Source: an uncultured Pseudomonadota bacterium
GTDB lineage: Bacteria; Pseudomonadota; Gammaproteobacteria; Steroidobacterales; Steroidobacteraceae
Reading direction: 5' to 3'
Assembly (NCBI GenBank): GCA_903868595.1
Contig: CAIPVV010000002.1
Location: forward strand, 859-64,858
Length of the DNA stretch: 64,000 bases
In this document: piece after piece, positions 49,041 to 58,526 of the stretch
How the letters are laid out: each line of letters starts with the position of its first letter
How positions within the stretch are numbered: position 1 is the stretch's first letter
Translations under genes and position numbers: made by a program
Notes under the pieces: generated by a model
What the model was told of the DNA's origin: nothing
The model's database searches: none
The model's input: the letters and a program-made list of their open reading frames with translations, nothing else

Positions 49041-50522
49041 ATGGCCCAGTATCCCGACACCCTGCAGTTCAACCACCTCAACCGTCCGCTGGGCGTCGAG
49101 TGGACCGCCCGCAACCTGGAGGTCGAGGGCGTGATACCGCCGGATATCCAGGGCGCCTTCTTCCGCGCGGTGCCGGATCCGGCCTTCCCGCCGCTGCACT
49201 ACGACGACACGACGCTGTCGGGCGACGGCATGGTCAGCCGCTTTCTCTTCCAGAACGGCGCCGTGGACCACGACATCCGCTACGTGCGCACGCCGCGCTT
49301 TGAGGCCGAGCGCAAGGCGCGCAAGGCGCTGTTCGGCCGCTACCGCAATCCGTTCACCGACAGTCCTGCCGTGCTGGGCGTGGACCGCGCGGTCGCCAAC
49401 ACGACGCCGGTCTGGCATGCGGGAAGGCTGTTCATGACCAAGGAGGACGCCCGTGCTTACGAGGTGGATCCGCACACCCTGCAGACGCTGGGCCGCTGGG
49501 ATTACCACGGGGCGCTGCGCTCGGAGACGATGACCGCCCACGTGCGAATCGATCCGCACACCGGCGAGATGTTCTTCTTCGGCTATGAGGCCGGTGGCCT
49601 GTGCACGACCGACGTGTCCTACTGCATCGCCGACCGCGATGGCAACCTCACCTCCGAGCAGTGGTTCCAGCAGCCGTACTGCTCGATGATGCATGACTTC
49701 GCCATCACCGAGAAATGGGCGATCTTCCCGGTGTTCCCTACCACGGCGAACCTGGAGCGCTTGAAGCAGGGCGGGCTGCACTGGCTGCACGAGCAGCACA
49801 CCGACAGCTGGGTCGGCATCATGCCGCGCTATGGCAAGGTCGATGAGATGCGCTGGTTCCGCGGCCCCAAGGGCGTGTCCGCCTACCACTTCGTCAACGC
49901 CTTCCAGGAGGGCGCCGACGGCTCGCTCGTGCACCTGGACCTGTGCCTCTCCAGCACCAACGCCTTTCCGTTCATCCGCGAGCCCTCCGGCATCGCCACC
50001 CCGCAGTGGGAGATCCAGGGCGGCCTGACGCGCTGGACCTTCGACCTGTCCCAGCCGGGCGAGGGCTTTGATTCCCGCCTCATCGGTCCGCCGGGCGACC
50101 TGCCGCGCATCCGCGACATCGACCAGGGGCGCCCCTACAACCAGTGCTGGCTGCCGAGCGTGAACCCGCATGGCGGTCCGCCGGTCCCGGGTGGCCCGGT
50201 GGGTACGTCCTTCAACTGCCTCTTGCGCCTGGAGACGCAGACCGGCCGCCTCGACATGATGAGCCTGCAGCCCGGCATGGCGATCAACGAGCCCATCCAC
50301 GTGCCGTCCAGTACGCCGGGCCACGACGGCTGGCTGGTCTGCGTGGTGGATCGGGAGCTGGATCCGCAGCACCACGTGTCGGAACTGCTGATCCTGGATG
50401 CCAGCAACATCACCGCCCCGCCCGTGGCGCGCGTGAAGCTGCCGGTGGCGCTGCACCCGCAGGTGCACGGCTGGTGGGTGTCGGCCGAGCAGCTCTCCCA
50501 GTCGAAGGCCGGCCGCGGCTAG
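49041..50522 (+). CDS. carotenoid oxygenase family protein (carotenoid/stilbene cleavage dioxygenase-like)
   Basis: ATG at 49041 in track ORF 48384-50522; the upstream part overlaps purA. There is an N-terminal NRPLGVEW...EGVIPPDIQGAFFR, and conserved His sites (TAHVRIDP, MMHDFAITE, AYHFVNAF) in a seven-blade propeller family pattern. Confidence 0.85.
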   Translation: MAQYPDTLQFNHLNRPLGVEWTARNLEVEGVIPPDIQGAFFRAVPDPAFPPLHYDDTTLSGDGMVSRFLFQNGAVDHDIRYVRTPRFEAERKARKALFGRYRNPFTDSPAVLGVDRAVANTTPVWHAGRLFMTKEDARAYEVDPHTLQTLGRWDYHGALRSETMTAHVRIDPHTGEMFFFGYEAGGLCTTDVSYCIADRDGNLTSEQWFQQPYCSMMHDFAITEKWAIFPVFPTTANLERLKQGGLHWLHEQHTDSWVGIMPRYGKVDEMRWFRGPKGVSAYHFVNAFQEGADGSLVHLDLCLSSTNAFPFIREPSGIATPQWEIQGGLTRWTFDLSQPGEGFDSRLIGPPGDLPRIRDIDQGRPYNQCWLPSVNPHGGPPVPGGPVGTSFNCLLRLETQTGRLDMMSLQPGMAINEPIHVPSSTPGHDGWLVCVVDRELDPQHHVSELLILDASNITAPPVARVKLPVALHPQVHGWWVSAEQLSQSKAGRG

Positions 50523-50546
50523 GCCGGCTGCGCGTGCGTCGCCGCG

Positions 50547-51305
50547 CTATTGCGCGACGACGCCGCCATCGACGGCCAGTGCGTGGCCGACGACGAAGCT
50601 GGACTCCTCGGAGGCCAGGAACAGCACCACCCGCGCCACCTCGTTCGCATCGGCACTGCGCCCGATGGGGTGGCTCGCGTTGATCTTGGCGAGGATCTCC
50701 GGCACCGCCAGCGCCTGCTCCAGCATCGCCGTGCGCACGGCGCCGGGGCAGATGGCGTTCACGCGGATACCCAACGGGATCAGGTCCAGCGCCGCGGCGC
50801 GCGTGAGTCCGACCACGCCGTGCTTGGCGGACGCATAGGAGGCCATGTGGGGTGCCGCCACGAGGCCGGCGACGGAGGCCGTGTTCACGATCGTACCGCC
50901 GCCGCTGGCGAGCATCGCCGGCACCTCGGCCTTGATGCAGTGGAAGGCGCCGGTGAGGTTCACCGTGATCATGCGGTTCCATTCCTCCAGCTCGTACTCG
51001 TGCACCTTCTTGGTCAGTGAGCCGGGGATGCCGGCGTTGTTGAACGCGACGTGCAGGCCGCCAAAGCGCTGCACCGTATATTGCACGAGGGCCGCGCACT
51101 GGCCGTACTCGGCGATGTCGACGCGGAAGGACTGCGCGCGCTGGCCCAGCGCGCGGATTGCATCGGCCACCGCATGCGCGCCGGCCCCGTTCTGGTCGGC
51201 GACCATCACCATGGCGCCTTCGGCGGCGAAGGCCATGGCCGCTGCCCGGCCAATGCCGGAGGCCGCACCGGTGACGATGACGCTCTTGTCCTGGAATCTC
51301 GACAT
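50547..51305 (-). CDS. SDR-family oxidoreductase
   Basis: 252 aa. Contains VTGAASGIGRA, NNAG and the catalytic YASAK. Confidence 0.9.
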   Translation of the reverse strand: MSRFQDKSVIVTGAASGIGRAAAMAFAAEGAMVMVADQNGAGAHAVADAIRALGQRAQSFRVDIAEYGQCAALVQYTVQRFGGLHVAFNNAGIPGSLTKKVHEYELEEWNRMITVNLTGAFHCIKAEVPAMLASGGGTIVNTASVAGLVAAPHMASYASAKHGVVGLTRAAALDLIPLGIRVNAICPGAVRTAMLEQALAVPEILAKINASHPIGRSADANEVARVVLFLASEESSFVVGHALAVDGGVVAQ

Positions 51306-51421
51306 CGGGCGGTCTCCTGATAGGGTTCGGCCCTATAGTAGACGCAGCCCCGCACCGAGACACGGCAGTCCCGGCGCTCGCTGCACCTGGCAGAGCTGCC
51401 GCGCGTCGACGGCCCGGCGGA

Positions 51422-53404
51422 TCAGTTGGCCAGCTCCGGTCGATCGCGGAACTGCTCCAGGGATTGCGGATTGGCGATTGCTTCCCGGTTTGGCACCGGC
51501 AGGCCGTTGACCGTGTTGCGCACGGCCAGCTCCACGAGCTTGCCGCTGCGCGTGCGGGGAATGTCGTCGACGGCCACGATGCGCCCCGGCACGTGCCGGG
51601 GCGAGGTGTTGTCGCGGATCAGCGTGCGGATGCGCCGCTGCAGCGCCTGGGTCAGTTCGCTGCCCTCGCGCAGGCGCACGAACAGCACGATGCGCTCGTC
51701 GCTGCCCTGCTTCTGGCCGATGGCCACGCACTCCAGCACCTCCGGCAGCTTCTCGACCTGGCGGTAGAGCTCCGCCGTGCCGATGCGCACGCCGCCGGGG
51801 TTCAGCGTCGCATCCGAGCGCCCGAGGATCACATAGCCGTGCTGCGCCGTGAGGAGGGCATAGTCGCCGTGGTGCCAGACGCCCGGGAAGCGCTCAAAGT
51901 ACGCCGCGCGATAGCGGCGCCCCTCCGGATCGTTGGCAAAGCCCGTGGGCAGGGAGGGGAACGGCGCCGTGCAGACCAGCTCGCCCGGCTCCTCCTGCAG
52001 GGGCTCGCCGGCCTCGCTCCAGACCGCCACCGCCATCCCCAGTCCTGCCGCCTGCAGCTGGCCGCGATAGACCGGCAGCGTCGGGACCCCCAGGCAGAAA
52101 CAGGAGAGGATGTCCGTGCCGCCGGAGATGGAGGCCAGGTGCAGGTCCGCCTTCACCTCGCGGTACACGTAGTCAAACTGCTCGGCGCTCAGCGGCGAGC
52201 CGGTGGACATCAGCGTGCGCAGCGTGGCGAGGTCGTGCCGGCTGCCCGGCGCATAGTCGGCCTTCTCCAGCGTCGCGAGGTAGCGTGGGCTCGTGCCGAA
52301 GTGCGTGATGCCGAACTCCTCGGCCAGCGCCCACAGTACGCCCTTGGCCGGGTGGGCGGGGGAGCCGTCGAAGAGCACGACGGCCGCGCCACTGGCCAGG
52401 CCCGAGGCGAGCCAGTTCCACATCATCCAGCCACAGGTCGTGAAGTAGAACAGCCGGTCGCCCGCCTTCACGTCCAGGTGCAGCTGGTGCTCCTTCACGT
52501 GCTGCAGGAGGCTGCCGCCCGCACCGTGCACGATGCACTTGGGCTTGCCGGTGGTGCCGGAGGAATAGAGGATGAACAGCGGCGCATCGAACGGCAGTCG
52601 CAGGAACGTGGGCTCGGTGAGCGCGGCATGCTCCTGCTCCACGTCCGCGAGCAGCCGTGCCTGAGGCAAGCGGCTGAGATCCGGCGATGGCGCAAGGCAA
52701 GGCACGATGAACACCGCACGCAGCGCCGGCAGCCGCGTGCACAGCGCCTCCAGGAGAGGCAGGCAGTCGTGCGCCTTGCCGGCGTAGTGGTGGCCGTCGG
52801 TGGCGATGAGCAGCTTCGCGTCGACCTGGCCGAAGCGCTCGCTGACGCCATCCAGCCCGAAGTCCGGCGAGGTCGAGGTCCACACGGCGCCCAGGCTGCT
52901 GGTGGCCAGCATCGCGATGAGCGCTTCCGGCACGTTGGGCAGGAAGCCGGCGACGACGTCGCCCGCGCCGATGCCGCGCGCGGCGAGCGCCGCGGCCACG
53001 CGTGCCACGCGCCGGCGCAGCACCCCACGCGTATAGCGGACGCGGCGGCCGCGCTCATCGGCACAGAGCAGCACGGTCTCCTGCGGGGGCCCCCGCAGCA
53101 GGTTCTCGGCGTAGTTGAGCCGCGCGCCGCCGAACCAGCGGGCCCCGGGCATGGCCTGCGGATGCTCGAGCACCGACTCGCTGCCCCAATCGCCCAGCAG
53201 TGCGGCGTGCCGGCGCAGGCACGGCCAGAACCGCGCGGGCTCGGCGGTGGACCAGCGCCACAACGCGAGGTAGTCCTGCGCCGCGTCGCCCGTGTACGGC
53301 GGTGCGTGAGCCTCCCGGTGGGCCGCTCGGTGAAAGCGGGCAAGCAGGCTGCCCGCGCAGCGCTCGGCGGACGGCGTCCACAGCGGTTGCTCGGCGTCGA
53401 TCAT
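51422..53404 (-). CDS. aacS: acetoacetate--CoA ligase (acetoacetyl-CoA synthetase)
   Basis: ATG at 53404 in track ORF 51422-54217. EQPLWTPSAERCAGSLLARF...LWRWSTAEPARFW is the typical AacS N-terminus. The AMP-binding motif YSSGTTGKPKCIVH is present. The product is 660 aa. Confidence 0.88.
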   Translation of the reverse strand: MIDAEQPLWTPSAERCAGSLLARFHRAAHREAHAPPYTGDAAQDYLALWRWSTAEPARFWPCLRRHAALLGDWGSESVLEHPQAMPGARWFGGARLNYAENLLRGPPQETVLLCADERGRRVRYTRGVLRRRVARVAAALAARGIGAGDVVAGFLPNVPEALIAMLATSSLGAVWTSTSPDFGLDGVSERFGQVDAKLLIATDGHHYAGKAHDCLPLLEALCTRLPALRAVFIVPCLAPSPDLSRLPQARLLADVEQEHAALTEPTFLRLPFDAPLFILYSSGTTGKPKCIVHGAGGSLLQHVKEHQLHLDVKAGDRLFYFTTCGWMMWNWLASGLASGAAVVLFDGSPAHPAKGVLWALAEEFGITHFGTSPRYLATLEKADYAPGSRHDLATLRTLMSTGSPLSAEQFDYVYREVKADLHLASISGGTDILSCFCLGVPTLPVYRGQLQAAGLGMAVAVWSEAGEPLQEEPGELVCTAPFPSLPTGFANDPEGRRYRAAYFERFPGVWHHGDYALLTAQHGYVILGRSDATLNPGGVRIGTAELYRQVEKLPEVLECVAIGQKQGSDERIVLFVRLREGSELTQALQRRIRTLIRDNTSPRHVPGRIVAVDDIPRTRSGKLVELAVRNTVNGLPVPNREAIANPQSLEQFRDRPELAN

Positions 53405-53524
53405 GGCGTTGGCGCTCGGTAGGGCGGTCGTAGTGGCCTGCGGGATGTACGCAGCGCATGCTAGCGCAGCACACGGCATACTGGTGCCCTCCGGCCGACC
53501 GGTCGTGGTGAGGAGGCTGACGTC

Positions 53525-53920
53525 ATGCGCCATCTGACTGTCTTTTCCCTGGCAGTGGTGCTGGGGGTGGCTGCGCTGTCCGCCGGCGCGGAGGAACTGG
53601 GTGGCTACGACGGGGCGCAGTTGTACAAGCGGCTCTGCTCCAGCTGCCATGGTCCGACCGGCGACGGGGATGGCCCGGTGTCCGCCAGCTTCAAGGCGCG
53701 CCCGCCGGCGCTCTCGGGTATCGCCGCGCGTCGCGGTGGGCAGTTCCCGGCCGAACGCATCCGCCAGCTCATCGACGGGCGCACGTCCGTCGCGCAGCAC
53801 GGCGCGCGCGACATGCCGGTCTGGGGCGTGGACCTGCGCGCTGCAGGCGCCGATACGGATGCGATCCTGACGCGACTCCTCGAGTACCTGCGCTCGATAC
53901 AAAAGCCGGGTCGCCCGTAA
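53525..53920 (+). CDS. small periplasmic c-type cytochrome
   Basis: 131 aa with a signal peptide, CSSCH haem motif and distal Met in ARDMPVWG. Confidence 0.85.
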   Translation: MRHLTVFSLAVVLGVAALSAGAEELGGYDGAQLYKRLCSSCHGPTGDGDGPVSASFKARPPALSGIAARRGGQFPAERIRQLIDGRTSVAQHGARDMPVWGVDLRAAGADTDAILTRLLEYLRSIQKPGRP

Positions 53921-53931
53921 AGCCTCGCCCG

Positions 53932-55524
53932 ATGCGAAGCCTCGGCCGGATGGCCCGCGGCGCGGTGCTGCTGTGGCTGCTGGCGGCGGCCGGCCCGCTC
54001 GCCGCGGCCAACGCGGCGAAGGCGCCCCCCACCGCGGCGGTGGATCGATACTACGCGCAAGCCGCAGCGCCCCTGCTGTGGCTGCGCGACGGCCGGCTCT
54101 CGCCGGCCGGACGCGCGCTGCTGGGAGAGCTTGCCGGCGCCGCGGCTCGCGGCCTGCGGCCCGAGGACTACAACGCCAGCGCGCTGGCGCGGGACGCGGC
54201 GGCACTGGCCCCTGCACCCGTCGCCGGGGCTGCCGCGACGGCGCTGGATCGTGCGCTCTCGCAGTCCGCGGCGCACTTGGTCAGCGACCTGCAGCGGGGC
54301 CGCGTCCGGCCGGAGGACGTGGGCTATGCGCTCGGCTTCTCCCGCGCGCCGCTGGACGTGTTGGCGGCGCTGCGTGCGCTCTCCACCAGCAGCACGATGG
54401 CTGCGACGCTGGACGGCTACGAGCCAAGCTACCGGCACTACGCCCTGCTCAAGCAGGCGCTCGCGCAGTACCGCGCGCTCGCGGCGTTGCCGGCGCTCCC
54501 GCCGCTGCCGGCGCTCAAGGTCCGCAGCGTCAAGCCGGGCGAGGCCTACGCGGGCGCAGGTGCCCTGCGGGCGCTGTTGGAGCGGCTGGGGGATCTGCCG
54601 CCGGCCGGCGCGCCACCGCTCGCCGTGCTCGACAAGGACTTGGTCGCGGGGCTGGCGCGATTCCAGTCGCGCCATGGGCTCGGCGCCGATGGCGTCCTGG
54701 GCCCCTCCACCTGGCGCGCACTGGCCGTGCCGCTCCCGACCCGCGTCCGGCAGATCGAGTTGTCGATGGAGCGCGCACGCTGGTTGCCGCCGCCGCCGGA
54801 CGGGCCGTTCATCCTGGTGAACATTCCCGCCTTCCGGCTCTTCGCGTTCCGCGGCCCGGGGGACAGCGAACAGGCGATGACCGCGATGAACGTGATCGTG
54901 GGGCAGACCTTCCCGCAGAAGAACACGCCGGTGTTCATGGCGGATCTGCGCTACGTCGTGTGGCGACCGTACTGGGATGTGCCGGCCAGCATCATGCGCA
55001 AGGAGGTGCTGCCGCGCCTGCGCAAGGACCTGGCCTGGGGCACGAAGGAAGGCTTCGAGCTGGTGCGCGGGCAGAGCGATAATTCGCCCGTCGTGCCGCT
55101 CAGTGCGGCGGCGCTGGATGAACTGCAGCGCGGCGCGCTGCGCCTGCGCCAGCGCTCGGGCCAGGACAATGCGCTGGGGCTGGTGAAGTTCATGCTGCCC
55201 AACCGCTTCAACGTCTACCTGCACAGCACCCCTGCACAGCGGCTCTTTGGCCAGACGCAGCGCACGTTCAGCCACGGCTGCGTGCGCGTGGCCGATCCGG
55301 TGGGACTGGGCCGCTTCCTGCTCGCGGAGGATCCGAGCTGGACCGCCGAGCGCATCCAGTCCGAGATGAATGCCGAGGGTCCGCCCGGGCGCGTGTACCT
55401 CAAGCATCCGATTCCGGTGGTGCTGTACTACGCGACGGCGCTGGCCGCGGAGGATGGCCGGGTACTGTTCTACAACGACATCTACCGCCACGACCTGCGG
55501 CTGGAGTCGCTGCTCTCGCGCTGA
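53932..55524 (+). CDS. L,D-transpeptidase, YcbB/LdtD-like
   Basis: 530 aa with a signal peptide. The PG_binding_1 domain shows LVAGLARFQSRHGLGADGVLGPSTWRAL. The YkuD catalytic domain shows LHSTPAQRLFGQTQRTFSHGCVRV. Confidence 0.9.
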   Translation: MRSLGRMARGAVLLWLLAAAGPLAAANAAKAPPTAAVDRYYAQAAAPLLWLRDGRLSPAGRALLGELAGAAARGLRPEDYNASALARDAAALAPAPVAGAAATALDRALSQSAAHLVSDLQRGRVRPEDVGYALGFSRAPLDVLAALRALSTSSTMAATLDGYEPSYRHYALLKQALAQYRALAALPALPPLPALKVRSVKPGEAYAGAGALRALLERLGDLPPAGAPPLAVLDKDLVAGLARFQSRHGLGADGVLGPSTWRALAVPLPTRVRQIELSMERARWLPPPPDGPFILVNIPAFRLFAFRGPGDSEQAMTAMNVIVGQTFPQKNTPVFMADLRYVVWRPYWDVPASIMRKEVLPRLRKDLAWGTKEGFELVRGQSDNSPVVPLSAAALDELQRGALRLRQRSGQDNALGLVKFMLPNRFNVYLHSTPAQRLFGQTQRTFSHGCVRVADPVGLGRFLLAEDPSWTAERIQSEMNAEGPPGRVYLKHPIPVVLYYATALAAEDGRVLFYNDIYRHDLRLESLLSR

Positions 55525-55531
55525 GGCGTCG

Positions 55532-56095
55532 CTAGCCCTGCCAGCTGCGGATGCGGCCGGTGTCCACGTGCACGAAGTCCGAGCGGCGGTAGTACCCGAC
55601 GCCGCCGCGTGACTGCGCGAGCGCCAGCTGCGCCAGGCGTGCGCAGTCCACACCGTGCAGGCGCACGTCCATCGCGCGACCCTCCAGGTGCATGCTGTGC
55701 ACGGCCACGCCGCTGCTGCGCTCATGCAGGGCGGCGTTGGATGCGGGCGAGCGGTAGCCGGAGATGATCTGGAACCGCGGCTCGACCCCGGCGCGGTCGG
55801 CCAGGTCCGCGAGCAGGTCGTACAGGCCCACGTCCATGGGATGCTGCTGGTTGTTGCGATGGTCGCGCAGCAGGTGCTGCAGGCCGCTCAGCGCCTCACC
55901 GACCAGACCCGCGCCGCTGCGATAGGCGACCGAGAGGACTTCCCCCGTGTGCGTGCTGGCCAGTTCCAGCCAGCGCGGCGCCCGCCGCGCCGCGTCCTCG
56001 GCCCGTACCGGCGCAACGCCCGCCAGGCCCGCGACGCCGCAGGCGAACAGCGCCGTCAGGGTCTGTCGGCGGTGGGGACTGTGGGGGGGGGACAT
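55532..56095 (-). CDS. DUF882 / peptidase M15A protein, YcbK(MepK)-like, Tat signal
   Basis: ATG at 56095 in track ORF 55532-56173. MSPPHSPHRRQTLTALFACGVAGLAG is a twin-arginine signal. SGYRSPASNA...HMHLEGRAMDV...GGVGYYRRSDFVHVDTG is the DUF882 core. Confidence 0.85.
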   Translation of the reverse strand: MSPPHSPHRRQTLTALFACGVAGLAGVAPVRAEDAARRAPRWLELASTHTGEVLSVAYRSGAGLVGEALSGLQHLLRDHRNNQQHPMDVGLYDLLADLADRAGVEPRFQIISGYRSPASNAALHERSSGVAVHSMHLEGRAMDVRLHGVDCARLAQLALAQSRGGVGYYRRSDFVHVDTGRIRSWQG

Positions 56096-56864
56096 GGCGG
56101 AATGATGGCCTGTCGGCTGCGGCGGGACAAGACTGCCGTGTCGCAGCAGGCGCAGCCTGTGAACGGTGGTCACGGACTACGCGCCGACAGGCGCCTGGGG
56201 CCGTACAGGGGTTGCCCCAGTCAGGCGTCTTGTGTAGCGGAGCGGTTCGACGTCGTACAGGCCCTAGATGGCGGTTATGGCGGATTGGCGGTGGGCCGGA
56301 CCGGCGTTCTGCCTGTCGGGCCCGCGCTGTCGTCAGCTCGCCCAAGGCCCTGGAGGTGTCGAGCCGGATCTCGTGCGGGCCGCCCACGGTGCCGTGCCGG
56401 GAGGCGGGACGTGATGACGACCGCAAGCGCAGTCGACCACCGACCCCGGCCCCTGGCACCGGTTCACGCGGTTGTGTTCGGTGCGGCTCCCCCGGGCGCC
56501 GGGATCGCTGCGCTTCGTGGTCCGGCATCGCCGGGACGAGGCGACGCGCTGCATCCGGCAGCCGGGGCGGGCGGCCCGGAACCGAGGTGCTGCGCACGCC
56601 CTCCGCGGTGGAGGACCTGGGCAGCGCGATCGACCGGCCGTTGCAGCCTCGCGCGCGCCGCCCTGGGAGGCGACCCACGGGCCATTGAATACCCGCCCGC
56701 CCAACGTCCGTCGGCCCGCCGCGAACCGAAATGGCCAGCAGTCATGACAGCGGGTCCCTCTTGTTGTGTTGTCAGCTGTCTAAGCCCGCCGGCCCGAAAG
56801 GTCTGCCGCCCGGGCTGGGGCTATGGTGGAATGCCGCCGAAGCACAAGATTCTGGGGAAAACCG

Positions 56865-58517
56865 ATGATCTGGTCGCAAAACTATGACCCGACGGGCCTG
56901 CCGTGGGCCTCGACGCTGCTGGCCGCGGCGCCCCTGGCGGTGCTGCTGGGGGGGCTGGCGTTCCTGCGCCTGAAGGCGCCGGTCGCGGCGCTGGCAGGCC
57001 TCGCGGCGGCGCTGCTGGTGGCCACGATCGCCTTTGGCATGCCGGCCGGGCTGGCGCTGCGCGCGGCAGCCTACGGCGCCGCGTACGGGCTCATGCCGAT
57101 CGGCTGGATCGTGCTGAACATCATCTTCCTCTACCAGCTGACCGAGGAGCGCGGCCAGTTCAGCGTGCTGCGCGACTCCATCGCCGGCATCACCGATGAC
57201 AGCCGGCTGCAGCTGCTGCTGATCGCGTTCTGCTTCGGGGCGTTCTTCGAGGGTGCGGCGGGCTTCGGCACGCCGGTGGCGGTGACAGGGGCGATGCTGT
57301 TCGGCCTGGGGTTCACGCGCCTGCAGTCGGCCGGTCTCTCGCTGATCGCCAACACCGCGCCGGTGGCCTTCGGCGCGCTCGGCACGCCGCTGGTGACGCT
57401 CGCGGGGATCACGGAACTGCCGCTGCTGGAGCTCTCCGCCACGGTCGGCCGGCTGATGACGCTGTTCTCGCTGCTGGTGCCGTTCTGGCTGCTGGTGGCC
57501 TATTGCGGTTGGCGACGAACCTTCGAGGTCTGGCCCGCGGTGCTGGTGGCGGGCGCAAGCTTCTCGCTGGCGCAGCTGCTGATCTCCAACCTGCACGGGC
57601 CGTGGCTGACGGCCATCGGCGCAGCACTGGTGTCGATGGGCTCGCTGGTGCTGTTCCTGCGGTTCTGGCGACCGGCCCGCGTCGTGCGCGTGAGTGACAT
57701 CGCTACGGGCGAGGGTGCGGCCGCGCCGCCTGCGCAGCCGCTGCGCCATGCGCCGGCGGCGCAGCGCCGCGCCTGGCTGCCGTGGGTGGTGCTGATGGTG
57801 CTGGTGTTCGTCTGGGGCATCCCCGCGGTGAAGACGTTCCTGGACGGAATCTTTCGCCTCGCGCTGCCCTTCGCGGGCCTGGACCAGCAGGTGCAGCGCC
57901 TGCCGCCGGTCGTCGCCCAACCCGAGATCGAACGGGCGATCTACAACCTGAACCTGCTGTCGGCCACGGGCACGGCAATCCTGCTGTCGGGCGTGGTGGC
58001 AGGCCTTGCGCTCGGCGCCGGGCCGCTGGCACTGGTGAAGACCTACCTGCGCGCGCTGCGAATGACGGCGGCAAGCCTGCTGACGATCGCGGCGATGCTG
58101 GGCCTGGGCTACCTCACGCGCTACGCCGGCGTGGATGCGACGCTCGGGCTCGCGTTTGCGGCCACGGGCGTGATGTACCCGTTCTTCGGCACGCTGCTGG
58201 GCTGGCTGGGCGTAGCCGTCACGGGCTCCGACACCGCCTCCAACGTGCTGTTCGGCGGCCTGCAGCGCGTGACCTCCCAACAGCTCGGACTGCCACCCGT
58301 GCTCATGGCTGCGGCCAACAGCGCGGGTGGCGTCATGGGCAAGATGGTGGATGCCCAGAGCATCGTCGTGGCGTCCACGGCGACCCGCTGGTTCGGCCAG
58401 GAGGGCCGCATCCTGCGCTACGTGTTCCTGCACAGCGTGGCCCTGGCAGCCCTGGTGGGCCTGGTGGTGCTGCTGATGGCCTACGTACCACCTTTCACGC
58501 AGCTGGTTCCCCGGTAA
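56865..58517 (+). CDS. lctP: L-lactate/glycolate permease (LctP family)
   Basis: ATG at 56865 in track ORF 56823-58517. MIWSQNYDPTGLPWASTLLAAAPL is the typical LctP N-terminus. It is a polytopic membrane protein of about 550 aa. Confidence 0.9.
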   Translation: MIWSQNYDPTGLPWASTLLAAAPLAVLLGGLAFLRLKAPVAALAGLAAALLVATIAFGMPAGLALRAAAYGAAYGLMPIGWIVLNIIFLYQLTEERGQFSVLRDSIAGITDDSRLQLLLIAFCFGAFFEGAAGFGTPVAVTGAMLFGLGFTRLQSAGLSLIANTAPVAFGALGTPLVTLAGITELPLLELSATVGRLMTLFSLLVPFWLLVAYCGWRRTFEVWPAVLVAGASFSLAQLLISNLHGPWLTAIGAALVSMGSLVLFLRFWRPARVVRVSDIATGEGAAAPPAQPLRHAPAAQRRAWLPWVVLMVLVFVWGIPAVKTFLDGIFRLALPFAGLDQQVQRLPPVVAQPEIERAIYNLNLLSATGTAILLSGVVAGLALGAGPLALVKTYLRALRMTAASLLTIAAMLGLGYLTRYAGVDATLGLAFAATGVMYPFFGTLLGWLGVAVTGSDTASNVLFGGLQRVTSQQLGLPPVLMAAANSAGGVMGKMVDAQSIVVASTATRWFGQEGRILRYVFLHSVALAALVGLVVLLMAYVPPFTQLVPR

Positions 58518-58526
58518 GCTCGGGGA

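Noticed and set aside
56096-56864. Possibility that the large gap is RNase P RNA, tmRNA or another housekeeping RNA
   Set aside because: Neither strand contains GAGGAAAGTCCGGGC or ACAGAACCCGGCTTA-type RNase P blocks, a tRNA-like GGGGCTGA...TCCACCA tmRNA frame, or a tag-peptide ORF. The gap is kept as an unexplained region instead.
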